A stretch of DNA of 63,050 nucleotides, filler included, from Olpidium bornovanus S191 (lineage: Eukaryota; Fungi; Olpidiomycota), in the NCBI GenBank assembly GCA_017911155.1. It is 34 parts of 34 records of this genome, joined end to end, with 100 filler letters (N's around TTAATTAATTAA, not from the genome) between each part and the next. Parts side by side here need not be neighbours in the genome. Positions count along the whole stretch, not along the records: positions 50,994 to 52,538 come from JAEFCI010001560.1; positions 52,639 to 54,887 come from JAEFCI010011279.1; positions 54,988 to 57,032 come from JAEFCI010007634.1; positions 57,133 to 58,729 come from JAEFCI010000540.1; positions 58,830 to 60,322 come from JAEFCI010008702.1; positions 60,423 to 61,894 come from JAEFCI010007895.1; positions 61,995 to 63,050 come from JAEFCI010012741.1; 27 more parts are not named here. The stretch is one strand, 5' to 3'. This document shows, in pieces, positions 50,894 to 63,050 of the stretch. Each line of letters opens with the position of its first letter. The first letter of the stretch is position 1. Made by a program: the position numbers and the translations under genes. Below the pieces are notes generated by a model, which saw only the letters and a program-made list of their open reading frames with translations, ran no database searches and was not told where the DNA came from.

Positions 50894-52638
50894 NNNNNNN
50901 NNNNNNNNNNNNNNNNNNNNNNNNNNNNNNNNNNNNNTTAATTAATTAANNNNNNNNNNNNNNNNNNNNNNNNNNNNNNNNNNNNNNNNNNNNCGCTGCG
51001 TTTTCGTCGCGAGTGGTCCGGGCCGAAATCCAGCGAATTGAGCGGCGTGATGATTGCGTAGAGTGGGCAAATCCGGAAAAATCGGAATTGAAAAGTGAAA
51101 GAAAACCCGCCATGCGATTGCCCAAAACGCGATTGCGCACTATCAGGGGCGAAAATCGCGAGAGTGACTAACATCCCAGGGGAGGATTTGCAGTGCACTC
51201 CCACCTTCCACGTCAAGTCAGCTGGAACGCGACCGATCTTCCAAAATGTTCTTTTTCGGAGCGTGAAGTGTGGTTTTTGGCGTGTCACATAGGAGCGTCA
51301 TGCAACGGAAGGCCGACTCGACTGTATTATGCAGAATAAATGGTGTACACAAAGCCGATCACCTGTGACACGAAGGCAATAACAACTACGAAATGGCGTT
51401 AACATCATAGACGCCAGGTTCTCGGTGTCCTTTGTGTCAGGCCACGGCCTTCTTTCAGGATGCGCCCGCCTACTGTCTTCGTGACGCCGGATATCCCATG
51501 CGGCAGTCTACGCATCTGGAAGATGCGAAGGAGCTCCCTGCTGTGCTGTTTCGGCTGTGAGGTTCAGGTCCGCCAAAAAGTCGACCGTTACTGTTACCCC
51601 GGATTTTTCGGTGGACCATCAGATGCTTGTTTCATCGGAGAGCTGCCCGCGCAGGCAACACATACAATGTGTCAAAATCAAGTTGGCCACAAAGAGGGGC
51701 TTGGTGAAGAGAAAGCGGAATGATGTCGGCTGTACGGTTACGATGCACGCTCGCTGCTGTGCAAAAGTGGTCGCCAAAACGCTTCAACTCGAGCTCGCGC
51801 GCGCGTGCACGTGCGACTGGATTCTGCTTGCCGCCGGACGCCTTCCTTCTGCGCGTCATGGCAAGTCATCGGCCGCTTTCCTTGCGAGGCCGTAACTATG
51901 AACCCATAATTGCATCCGTCGCGCCATTACCCCCGCTCGCGAAAACCCGAGGCAACGCGAGCCCTCTCCCCCCCACCCCCCCCTTCCCCCCAACAATTCG
52001 CCGGTTTGGCTGGGTTGGCTCGTGGGAACGGGTCTAGTGATTCGTGCGTCGAATCTGCGCCGTTTTTCTGTGCTCGCCCGCGCGCCGCCAGGGAGCGAGG
52101 CCGGCGAGAGACGGAGAGCGAGAGAGAAAGAGAGACGAAAAGAAAGAGAGGACGAAAGAGGCGCGCAGGACTAAAAGGCTGAGCTGTGAAGCCGCGTCGC
52201 CGGCAGGGGTGCGTTCCGCGTTGGAGGCAGGCGGACTGCGGCCGGGACATCGACGGGGAGAAAGAAGGAGAAAAAGTCAATCGCTTTCTTACCAGCGTGG
52301 ACCCCCACCCCCGCGGGCGGAAACAACCCGTTCTCCGTTTGCAGCCCGCGCCGCCCCTCGACCACTGGCTGGACGCGAAGGAAAAAAGAAAAAACCAAAA
52401 ACGGGAAAAAGACCATGAAGGAAACGGCCGCGCAGCAGCATGACGGGCAGCCGCTGCCTCCGCAGGAGCAGCCAGAGATAAGCGCGGTGGAGGAGGTACG
52501 CCAAAAGACTCCCGACCCTCGGCTACCCCCCCCCCCCCNNNNNNNNNNNNNNNNNNNNNNNNNNNNNNNNNNNNNNNNNNNNTTAATTAATTAANNNNNN
52601 NNNNNNNNNNNNNNNNNNNNNNNNNNNNNNNNNNNNNN

Positions 52639-52680
<42 letters not shown>

Positions 52681-52708
52681 TTCCCCACGCTTTTTCCCGC
52701 GACCAACA

Positions 52709-54190
52709 ATGCCGGACAGGGTCTACTTCCACGGCATCTGGATGCCGTACTTCGCCGTGGCGATCTCGCTGTTGCCGTTTCAGCTCAACGAGACGATAAA
52801 AAGCGCAAGAAAGGCCGTGAAATCTCCTACCAGATTCTCGGTCCTCCTCCTCGCGCAAAACGTCTTTGCCATCCTGCTCACTGCCGGCCAGTGCGTGTTG
52901 CTGACCGAAGAGTACTATCCGATGCCGGGGAATCTCCTCGTTAATTACAGTTTAGGTACATGCCGGCCAAAAAAAAAAAAAAAAAAGAAAACAAACAGAA
53001 GTGTCCCCCTTTTGACAAGTGTCGTGCCGGGGTTGTACTGATACCGTTTACGTGTTATTTATTTATTTATTTTTTGGAAAACAATCTAGGCCCGTCCATG
53101 CTCCTTCACTCAGCCCTTCTGTTGCAATGGTTCGGCCTTTTCCGTGTTGTAATTCCATGGTGAGCGAAACAACCCACCCCCCCCCCCCCCCCCCCCCCCC
53201 CCTCCCCGCGCCCCATTATATTTTTGAAAAGGTGGTGCGATGCTTCGTTTAACTTCGGGGGATCGCGGCTGAAACTCTCACGCGAAAAGGTACACCAACA
53301 CCGTTCAGAGGGTTGCTGTTACCGCCACCGTCCTCGCGCACTTCCTGCTCTTCTGGCCGAATTACTTGCAATACGTGGCGTGGGAAAAAAACTATCCACA
53401 CGAAGGCCTTTTTTGGATTCAGGCGTGGTACGGAAAAACGGGGGTCGTTTCCTCCGGTTTGCGCTTTTCGGCGTCGGATCGCTGCGGCCCGAGCAGAGCC
53501 GGGGCTGACATCCCCCCGGGTCATTTGTCTAACAGGATGATGTACGGAACGCTGGTCTGGGCGTTGTGGGCGATCGCCATAGATCTCGTCACGTCCACTG
53601 CCATCCTCCGGTACGGCGGTTGGGGGGAAAAGGGGGGGGGGACGGGGCGGCGGGGCAGAAGGGGGGGGGAAAAGGCCGGCCCCCGGGCGCTGAGCAAGAT
53701 GGAAGAAAGTAGAATCTGACCGCCGGACGGTTCGCCCTCTTTTTTTTTTTTTTTTTTTTTTCCCTCCTGTTTTGTTTTGTTTTGTTTGCCAGGTATCTGG
53801 CAAAGTCGCGCCGGCTGTTCGCCCAGTTCAACCCGGAAAACCAGGGGAGGCTGCTGCTGACCTCGTTCGGCAGGCAGAGCGCGACGCGCTCCGCGGCGCC
53901 CGAGAAGCAGGACAGGCCGGCGCGGCCCGCCGACGACGCCCAGGCGAAGATGACGCGCACCGGCGCGTTCCTGGGGGCCATGGCCCTCCTGGACCTCGTC
54001 GCCATGGCGTTTTTCCTCTTCGAGCAAGACTCCGTCGCGATAACGTGCATAGGCTACCACTTCATTTTCACGAGCATGTTCTTCGCCCTCGTGACCGAAA
54101 CGGTTCGGCCGGTTTGGAGAGAGAGAGAGAGAGAAATCTCGGGCCTCCCCGCGCCCCCGAGAGGAACCGGCAACCGGGCTGCGCAATAAA
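52709..54190 (+). CDS. Orphan multi-pass (about 7TM, GPCR-like) membrane protein, multi-exon
   Basis: Hydrophobic exons joined by GT-AG introns; long polar loop before the last two helices. Confidence 0.65.
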
Positions 54191-54820
54191 CAGCTCTCAG
54201 AACGCAGAAAAGCCCCTTTTCCACGGATTTAAAAAAAGAAAAAGAAAATTGCTTTTGGAAAGATTCAACTTTTTGCAATCCAGCCGGGATATTTCTCATC
54301 GTCGGTATTTTTATTTTAGTTTTTTTTTTTTTTTTCGCCGAATGACGTTTTGTTTTCCTCCGCGTCGTATGCGCGGACAAGGACGGACCAAGAACAAAAA
54401 ACGTCAAAAAAACGACATTTTTTCTCCTGAGCCGAAACCGCCGACAGAAGCTTTGAACGAGGTTCTAGCACGAAAAAACGCGTCCTTGAAAACCATGTCA
54501 AAAGCAGCACTCGTACATTTGATAAAGAGATAACTAAAAGTGAAGAGCACCCGGGGAAGGGGTGAGTAGGGTGGGGGGTGGATGGCGCGGGGCGACGTTC
54601 GAGGGTCGGGGCAGCCGAAAATGCGCGGAAACGGGGGGGTGGGGGGGGGGGTCGACCCGTATTTGCGCGCCTCCGCATTCATGCGCATTTTCCACGCGCG
54701 CGCTCAGGGCGGCCGGCGGCGTCGATCCCGCCGGCTACCCGACCCCCCCCCCCCCCCCAAAAAAACCCAAAAAAAAAAAAAAACCACCATGGCCAGTGCC
54801 GTGTGAGTGGACCGCCCCGC

Positions 54821-54868
<48 letters not shown>

Positions 54869-54987
54869 CCTTAGCCCCTCCCCAAGANNNNNNNNNNNNN
54901 NNNNNNNNNNNNNNNNNNNNNNNNNNNNNNNTTAATTAATTAANNNNNNNNNNNNNNNNNNNNNNNNNNNNNNNNNNNNNNNNNNNN

Positions 54988-55908
54988 GCATGTTAACCAC
55001 CGATGCCATCAATTGCGCAGGAATACGGGCAGGGTTGCCCGATAACTCCGAAGATCAGAAGGAGACCGAAAATCAGGAAGAACGTAACGAACAGGGCGCC
55101 AATAGGCAAACGCAGAAGGACGCAGGAGTTACAAAGGGGTACAAGAAGGGCGATTTCGTCCGTAGAAACATAGTCGTATGTGTGTGTGTGTGCGTGTGTG
55201 GGGAGGGGGGGGAGGCGGGGGGGGGGAGGGGTGAGGCGCGGTTCGCTTTGCCTAGTGCCTTCCAAACGCCGTTTCCCCTCATTGCGCCCCACGGAAATCC
55301 CGTCTTTCAGCTCGGCGCGGAAGCGCGGTACTACAGCGCAATGACGGAGGCGGAACAAGCGCGGGTCGAGCTGTTGATGGACGCTTGGACGGGAGACGAG
55401 GAGGCGCAGGCCGACTCCGAAACTGGCCAGCGCCCCCGGGCAGCCGACGAAGAGTCAGTGACCGCGCGGTCCGCGGTGAGCGCCCATCTGGTAATCAACG
55501 GCTACGCTCCTGACGGAGACGACATGACGAGGCTGCAGGAGATCGACAGGTACGAAAGAAGGGGGCTTCATGCCGTTCGGGCAACGATTTTTTTGTGAAG
55601 GACGTGTGCGAGTTTGTGTGTGTGTGAGCGTGCGCACGCTCACCTCCCGGGCACGCGCGCCCCCGCGTTTTCCATTTGACGGGCCAAAAAAAAAAAAAAA
55701 AAAAAGCAAACTCGTCGAACTGCGGAGTTCCGACGCGGACGTCCAATCCGTCTTGGAGGCGTTCAAAGCGCGGCTGCAGAGGGAGGCCGCGGGTGCCGCC
55801 ACGGGGGAGGGTCGGGAGCCTCCGCCGGAAGCATCCGCCGTCGGCAGGGAGCAGCGCGCCGCCGTGATTTCGGAGAACGCCCAAGGGTTTTCCGCCTTCT
55901 TGGAATGA
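54988..55908 (+). CDS. FSIP1 (fibrous sheath-interacting protein 1)-like, 3' part
   Basis: DFVRRNIV-LGAEARYYSAMTEAEQARVELLM...GYAPDGDDMTRLQEID-SKL parallels the FSIP1 blocks DFIKRNIELA...RLVELL...LAEIDIKL. Confidence 0.7.
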
Positions 55909-57132
55909 ATTCTTTCCGAAGGGGGGAGGGGGGGGGGATTTCTCCCCGGCCCCGAGTTCCCCTTCCCTCCGCAACACGCTCTGCACCCTTTGTTTTACAA
56001 TTCGCCAAAAAAAACACACACGCGTATGCTTTTGTTGTTGCGGGGCTGGGGCGGGTTTGGACGTCAAGCCGGGCTGGCCCCTCATCTTCCTGGAGGTGTT
56101 AATGGTGGGGCCCCGGAAAAAATGGGCAACGCGTCAGGGGGTGTTGCACGTGCAGCAGACCCCCCCCCCCCCGTTTACGAAAAGTGCGTGTTTTTTGACG
56201 ACCAAAAAGAATCTGACGGCGCAAAACAGGAGGGGCGATTGCCGCAGCAGGCACCGACAAACGTGACGCCCATCCCGAGAGCGGAAAAAAAAAAAAAAAA
56301 AAAAAAGGATAACGGATATATTTCACGGCGCTTCCAACCAAAAACAAAAAAAAAAAAAAAAAAAAAAAAAAGGTTTCGGCGCTAATCCGCGCAAATCCCG
56401 CGCAAAAGTTCCGGTGCTGCAAAAAAAAAAATTTTGCGAAATTCTACCCCCCGCCACGCCCAACCCAACAGGCGGCCTCCCGCGCGCTCCGCACTTCCCC
56501 CGTGGCGTTACGAGAGTAAGCGGATTTTTGCTTGCGGGCCCCTCTCTCCCTTCCCCCCCCATAGGGCGGGTTCCGTCTAAGGAGGGTAGGGTAGGCGAGA
56601 GGTAGAGAAGCATTTTTCTTCGCCTTTCTTGAGATTCCCAGAAACTTTTTTGCCCTGTAGTAATAATTATTGCTGCTTCTAACGGAGAAAAAAAGTTTCT
56701 TAACCGGTAATTGAAATCATAGCCGCTTCCAACGGAAAGAAAAAAGAGTGCTCTTCCGGGAAAAGGGGAGCGAGAGGAAAAGATAGAGTGAGAGAAAAAA
56801 GACCGATTGTGAGTGAGGCCGTTTGGTACTGGGGAGATCTGTGCCATGAGAAATGTTGCGAAACCCCCACAACCTTTGTTAAGTAAAAAAATAAATAAAT
56901 AAATAAAAAAAAGTTTGCGAAAATCCTTTGAAATTGTACAACTGCTGTTGAATCTCAGCAACCTTACGATCTCGTTCGATTGGAGCTTCCAGAATTTCCA
57001 GCAACTCGAGATTCATCCTGCCCCCCCCCCCCNNNNNNNNNNNNNNNNNNNNNNNNNNNNNNNNNNNNNNNNNNNNTTAATTAATTAANNNNNNNNNNNN
57101 NNNNNNNNNNNNNNNNNNNNNNNNNNNNNNNN

Positions 57133-58729
57133 CAATCTCACGGAGGTGAAGTGTCACGTTCTCCGGCACCTGCCCATCTTCGCCTTTCCCAACAAGGATG
57201 GTTCGCCGCACAATCCCGCCATCACTTCGGTGTACTACGACAACGATAACATGGACTTGTACACCGGACGCCTGCTGAAGCAGGACGAGGCGATCGCGCT
57301 GCGCGTGCGGTGGTACGGCGTTCCTACCCAGCCGGTGGTGTACATCGAGAACAAGATCCACTACGAAGACTGGACGGGTGAACCCTCCACGAAATCACGC
57401 TTCGGTCTTGAGGAGAGGCGCGTGGACGCTTACATGAGCGGCGCGTACACTCTCGACGCGCGCATCAAGGAGCTTATCGCCAAGGGTGCTGTGCCTCGCA
57501 AAGAAATTGATTCCATGGACAAGCTCGCGAAGGACGTGCAGCGGACCGTGAAGGAACGGGGGCTGAAGCCGATGATGAGGACGTTTTATAACAGGACAGC
57601 TTTCCAGTTGCCGGATTCCGCCCGCGTCCGGCTCAGTTTGGATGAGGACCTTACCTTTATACGGGAAGACCCGAACGTCGTCGGCCGGAAGCTCATCAAC
57701 GGGTGTAGGGCACTTTACGCGCTTGAGTTTATCTCGCGTCTCGTGGGTTGACCCTGACTTCACGGTACTGACGCGAGGCGACCTGCTCAGCCGTCGACAA
57801 GAATTGGCGCCGTCGCGACGTCGGCATCGAGTGGCCGTTCGAACGCCTTCCGGAGAACGAAGTTCACCACTTCCCCTATTCCATCATGGAGGTCAAGCTT
57901 CAAACAGAGGCGGGAAAGGAGCCTCCGCTTTGGGCGAGGGAGCTCATGCAGAGTCAGCTGGTAGGTCTGCGGGCTGCTGAAGCGTCTGTTATCGAGCGAT
58001 CTCCGAGCTAAGTCCATCGTGACGTGCGGTTTCTTTGAATTTTCCCAGGTTGAGGAATCGCCGAAGTTCTCGAAGTTTGTCCATGGTTCCGTTTCCTTGC
58101 TGGAGCCCCTTGTGCACATGTATCCCTACTGGCTGTACCAGATGGGGACGGATATTCGCCACAGGCGCCAGTACACCCTGCTGGAGCTGACGCGCACGAC
58201 CGTGGACGTCCCGTGGTCAACGCCGACGAACCCGCCGATGGAGCCGAAGCCGGCTTTTTGGCGGGACTCGGTCGCGTCCACCGCCTCGTCCAGCTCCGCC
58301 GAGGCGTCGGCCAGCATCGCCCCCCGCACGGCGCTGTACCGGCAGTCGGCCCTGGTCATGGCGCCGGAGCCCGCCAACGTGGAGAGGCGCGAGTCGTTCG
58401 TCAAGCGAGTCACGCGGCGCACCAATTCGCTGTTCTCGACGGCGGGCAGCGGTCTGCGGGACGGCAATTCGCGGGAAAGCGGCGGCGGGGGGGAAGAGAA
58501 AACGGCGGCGGCGGCGGCCGCGGGCGCGGCCGTCGCGGCCGCCGTGAACAACAAGGTCTCGCCGGCAGGCGCCCCCTTGGGCTACCTCCCTCCAAAGATG
58601 CGCAAGCTCATGGTGCCGACGGTGGTGGAACCAAAGGTGCACTTCGCGAACGAGCGCACGTTCCTGGGGTGGACGCACTACTCGCTGTTCCTGATCAACG
58701 GCGCCACGTCCATTGCGAGCTTCACGGCC
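57133..58729 (+). CDS. VTC4: Vacuolar transporter chaperone / polyphosphate polymerase subunit, VTC4-like, partial
   Basis: AITSVYYDN, LRVRWYG, EDWTGE, FYNRTAFQLP...VRLSLD, EVKLQ, PKFSKFVHG, KVHFANERTFLGW (DUF202); all read on the + strand. Confidence 0.9.
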
Positions 58730-58925
58730 NNNNNNNNNNNNNNNNNNNNNNNNNNNNNNNNNNNNNNNNNNNNTTAATTAATTAANNNNNNNNNNNNNNN
58801 NNNNNNNNNNNNNNNNNNNNNNNNNNNNNATCATTTTTTTTTAAAAAAAAAGAAATAAACCGGATTCGTGATCGGGCGCAAATTGCCTCGGGGATTTGTC
58901 CGTTTCGGCCCTCGTCCCCGGCACG

Positions 58926-60060
58926 CTACTTGATCTCCTTGGCTTTCATGACCACTTCTCGCTCCTCGCGGCCCAGCGCCCGCGACACGAGCGCCCATCG
59001 GCCGGTGGTTCCCGGCGGGAACTTGGCGGTGAGGTCTTTGAGCTGTGCCACGTCCGCGTCCGTCCATTCCTTTGAGGGCGCGGCGGCGCCGCTTTCGCCG
59101 GGGCCGGTTGGTACGAACTTGGGGTTCGCTGGCGGACGGAAGGGAAGGAAGGGAGGGGGGGGGAAGGGGTGGGGCGACCGGGAAAAATCGGGACAGAGGG
59201 TCAAAACCTTTGGCGGGGACGGCCGCCCGCCCTGCGGCTCTGTTATCCCCCGCGGATTCACCGGGGAATTTCCGGACGGGCCCCGCGCGAAGGCGGGCCG
59301 GGCCCGCCGACCACGCACCTGGCCGGCGGTTCGCCGTTCGTCGGACGGCGGCGGCCTGCCTTTTCGACGGCGCGGGCCTGTCGCCGGCCGCGCGTTTTCT
59401 CGCGTCGGCGTCCCCGCGCGCCCCCGAGGCCCTCCCGTCGTCGTCGCTGTCGGAGCCGCTGTCGCCGCCGCCTTTCTTGCCTCTGCGGCGCGCGGCGCCC
59501 AGGGAAAAGAGGCCGCGGACGGCGCCGGAGAGGGCGCCAGGCAGGGCGAGGAGGGCGCGGAAGACGGCCCGGGGGAGCTGGAAGATCAGGACGTCCCTGG
59601 GGCTGGGCGACGGGAACTGGACGACCGGGTCGTTCATCGGGTCGCGGGCGGCCTCCGACAGCAGGTCCTCCGCCGTGGGGAGCGCGGCGCCCGGGGTGCC
59701 GGGATCGAAAGCGCCGTCGTCCGCCGGCCGCCCCTTGGACAAGGTCTTCTTCGTGGACCGGCGCGGCATGCGGCGCAAGGCCGCCTCCGCTTCCTCCGCG
59801 AGGACATCCCGGAACATGGACCTGCGGCGGACGCACAGCACCCAGGCGCCGAGGTACTGCAGCAGCGAGACGAACACCGCCAGGCCGATCAGCACCGAGC
59901 CAAGGCCCGGCCTGTGGCGGCGGTAGTAGTACCCGGTGCCACGCCAGCGTGGAACGCCGTTCTGAAGGAAAAAGTCGTACCGCTTGCGGCTCTCTTCGTC
60001 GCGCAAGACGGACGCTACCACGCCGATCAGCTTCTGGCGCCTGCTCGCCTGCGGCGAATC
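58926..60060 (-). CDS. ER membrane J-protein, DNAJC1/ERdj1-like with C-terminal SANT domain, 3' part
   Basis: VLRDEESRKRYDFFLQNGVPRWRGTGYYYRRHRPG + TM; KEWTDADVAQLKDLTAKFPPGTTGRWALVS. Confidence 0.85.
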
Positions 60061-60216
60061 GTTTTTGTCCGGGCTGAACAAAGGAAAAAAAAAAAAAAAA
60101 AGGAACCACCGCGCGATACCCGAAGTCAAAAAAAGGAGGCGTGCGAAGCGCTAGAAAACGCGCCCCCGGCAAAGACCGGGGGAAAAGGGAGAGAGGGGAA
60201 AGGGGAAGGGGACAGC

Positions 60217-60247
<31 letters not shown>

Positions 60248-61774
60248 TTTTTTTCCCCCCTGGGTCCCCCCCCCCCCCCCCGCAACGGCGCCCCCCTTTT
60301 TTCCCCCCCTCCCCGCGCCCCGNNNNNNNNNNNNNNNNNNNNNNNNNNNNNNNNNNNNNNNNNNNNTTAATTAATTAANNNNNNNNNNNNNNNNNNNNNN
60401 NNNNNNNNNNNNNNNNNNNNNNAAAAAACCGCGCGGGAGACGCCAAAAAAGGAGAAAAACGGAAAAAAAAAAAAAAAAAAATTAAAAAAAAAAACCCCCC
60501 CGGGCCCCCCCCCCCCCCCCCCCCCACTTCCCCTCTCCCGTTGGCTCCCCACGGGGAAAGCTGACAGCCGCGCACAGAGAGAGCCGACGACACCGCGCGC
60601 GTCGGAGAGAGCTCGACGGTCCGCGCACGGCGACGGTCGACAAATTCCACGAGGCGTCGTCACAAGCGCTTCTGAAAAAAGAAGGAAAAAAGAAATTTAT
60701 ATAGAGCGTGACCGCACGCGCGCGCAGTTCCATTCTTCTTTGCCGCGTTTCGCGTGAGGTCTGGGGTAAGGTGGGGGGGTGGGGGGGGGGGGCACGCACG
60801 AGCAAAGTGGGCAGCACGGTTTTCTGCTGCGCGGGGGGAACGGAGCGTGTGTGTGCCCCAGAAAAAAAAGGGCGTGTAGGCTTGGTGGGGCCAGGGTGGG
60901 CCGGAGGCCGCGGGGTGAAAGGGATCCTTTTTTTTTTCTGTTTTGGCTATTTCCCCCCCCCCCCCCCCGCCCCCTCTCTCTCTCTCACTCACTCACTCTC
61001 TCTCTCTCTCTCCCTCGCTTCCCCCTCACATCCCCTCTCCACCTTTGCCTCTCTCCCTCTTCCCCGGGGCCCCGTTCGTCGTCTTGGTTCGGTTGCTAGC
61101 CAAAAAGCTCGCCTTTCCCGGCCCCCCCCGCTCCCCACCCACCCCCCTCCTACCCGCAGACAGTCGCCCGGGTCCGCCGCCCGCGGAAAAAACCGGGGGA
61201 TTTTGCCGGAATTATGATTCTCTCCTCGGCGGCCCCGCCTCCGCCCCCGCCCCCAGTCCGTCGAAAAGCGCTTAAGATATCACCCGGCGTTTCGAGAAAC
61301 AAGCGTAAAATGCAATTCGGCCCTCACCCCCGCCCCCCTTTTCCCCTCCTCCTCCCCCTCCCCTCCTCTTCCGAGAGAGAGTTTCCGCAGATCTCCGCCC
61401 CGTAAAACGCCCCCGAAAGCCCCCGTCGGATTCGCCCCGGGCCCTCCCCGCCCGCTCGCCGCCTGAACGTGTGGGTCCCGCGGAGCTTCCGTCCGGCGAG
61501 CGCGCCTCCCGCCCCTCGCGTTTCCCCCCCCCCCGCCTCCCCTCCGCACAGCGTACACGCCAGGTGTGAAAAGTGGGGGGGTGGGGTGGGGGGCGGGCGG
61601 GGCCGCCTTTCCCGGGCTTTCCTTTTCGATGACGTCGAGCGCCGCTGCCGCGGCCGCGCCGGCGGCTGTCCGAGGCGTGCCTCCCGCGGCAGGCGCCAAG
61701 GGCAACGCGGGGCCCGGCGGGCGGACGAGCATCGACGAATTGTTGAAGATAACAATCTGTGAGGGAATTCCTTT

Positions 61775-61843
<69 letters not shown>

Positions 61844-61857
61844 AAGGGGCGAAAAGG

Positions 61858-61894
<37 letters not shown>

Positions 61895-61994
61895 NNNNNN
61901 NNNNNNNNNNNNNNNNNNNNNNNNNNNNNNNNNNNNNNTTAATTAATTAANNNNNNNNNNNNNNNNNNNNNNNNNNNNNNNNNNNNNNNNNNNN

Positions 61995-62880
61995 CATGTT
62001 GCTGTACCCCGCGTATATTCTGGGGCGAACCGAGAATCAGCCTTTCGTTCGCCGAACTCCGGAGAGGGATTCATTCGGGGGAACGCCGCAGCTTGCCTCG
62101 TCCCGTCCAAATTAAACGCCAGGCAATTAGGTCCGACGATCTGTTCCCGGTGGTCGACCACGCTGTATGAACACCTGGACTATATTGGAGATCCGCTTCA
62201 GGATCGCGCGGAAGAAGGATACCTCGGCGACCACCCGCGTGAAAAATGTAGCCCGGGAACTCCGCAATCCTCGAGTTTTGAGAAACGTACCTGACCGGTG
62301 AATGCATCCCACAGATGTATCGGGTGATCCCTGGAGGAAGAAAGGAAACAGGCGGTGGCGGGGTCTGCAAATATTTTATCAATCGAGGGTAAGCGGGGTT
62401 GATAGCGGCAACGGATGATCGAACGAAATGGCGTATGAAAGATGTACCCGTCGAGATCATCCCGGGATACCAGCACGCGTCGTACACGTTCTCCCCGACA
62501 TCTATTTCGAGAGCAGGGGCGACAATGCTTTCCTCTGTGCGCAGCGAGTTTACAACGAACGTTGCGTTTCGTCAGGCCGGAAATTCCAAATTTACTCGAC
62601 CCGACCGGACCGGAGCCCCGACAACGACGGCGTTTTCTGAAGGCCGGCGGCGGAATATGCGCATACCTTCTGCGGGAGAGTACGCGCTCACTGGCCTTCG
62701 CAACAAAGGCGAAATATGGTGAGCACCCACGTGGAAACCCGTCCACCCGGCATTTAATTCTCTTTCAGAAGGGGGCCAACCCTTATCTGCATGTTGTGCT
62801 CACGTCTCAAACACCCGCAATACGTTGTCGTTAGAGCTGGTCAGAATGCATGTCCCGTCTGGCGACCTGGAGAAGGAAAG
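61995..62880 (-). CDS. WRAP53: Telomerase Cajal body protein 1 (WD40), internal fragment
   Basis: SPDGTCILTSSNDNVLRVF, YDACWYPGM, DPATACFLSSSRDHPIHLWDAFTGQ, CSYSVVDH...LAFNLDG. Confidence 0.88.
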
Positions 62881-62940
62881 TTGCGGGACAGACGGCACGG
62901 TCAGAACGCGAACGCCCCAAACGCAGGGCCCTTCCCACCC

Positions 62941-62942
62941 CG

Positions 62943-63040
<98 letters not shown>

Positions 63041-63050
63041 ACCCCCCCCC
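62941..63050. repeat. Terminal poly-C tract (>100 nt)
   Basis: Direct read; possibly a sequencing artefact. Confidence 0.95.

Noticed and set aside
51460-51900. Possible degenerate retroelement RNase H
   Set aside because: No convincing motif
58019-58785. Track labels ORFs 58019..58777 and 58213..58785 as minus strand
   Set aside because: Both translations read directly from the + strand (GTG at 58019 and 58213), so the labels are wrong; the first is the VTC4 3' exon
61628-61760. First exon MTSSAA...SIDELLKITI as a PX/sorting-nexin start
   Set aside because: Too little sequence to support a call
62941-63050. Poly-C/G as G-quadruplex or poly-Gly protein
   Set aside because: At a contig end; indistinguishable from two-colour poly-G artefact without reads

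Overview
This is not one locus. It is 34 unrelated short contigs (about 1.1-3.6 kb) joined by 33 identical 100-nt spacers (N44-TTAATTAATTAA-N44), so adjacency across a spacer carries no information and most genes are fragments. Most contigs come from a GC-rich, intron-rich eukaryote with many homopolymer tracts. The gene set (FSIP1-like, OCRL-type 5-phosphatase with ASH+RhoGAP, TCAB1, GDP-fucose-transporter-like, VTC4, NCA2) points to a zoosporic early-diverging fungus; an Olpidium-like identity is a guess. Recognisable genes: CCT3, FUR1, NCA2, HDDC2-like, DNA2, TM9SF, SWC4, OCRL-like, YDL183C-like, SMAP-domain, ALA1, SLC35C1-like, ATP1, an orphan 7TM, FSIP1-like, VTC4-like, DNAJC1-like and WRAP53. 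There are also several Ty1/copia pieces. Best leads: (1) an apparent U2-type AT-AC intron (ATAAGT...TAC) needed to complete FUR1, alongside GC-AG introns and acceptors preceded by poly-A; (2) an orphan gene whose three predicted introns all carry the same 24-bp motif, inverted in intron 1 and tandemly arrayed in intron 2; (3) an intronless foreign contig resembling a filamentous-phage pIII; (4) a secreted two-domain 8-Cys effector-like protein; (5) two related copia elements with a Ty5-type half-tRNA primer site; (6) a tRNA-like element with a UCA anticodon; (7) CATG at 17 of 66 contig ends. All assignments were made by eye; no database searches were run.
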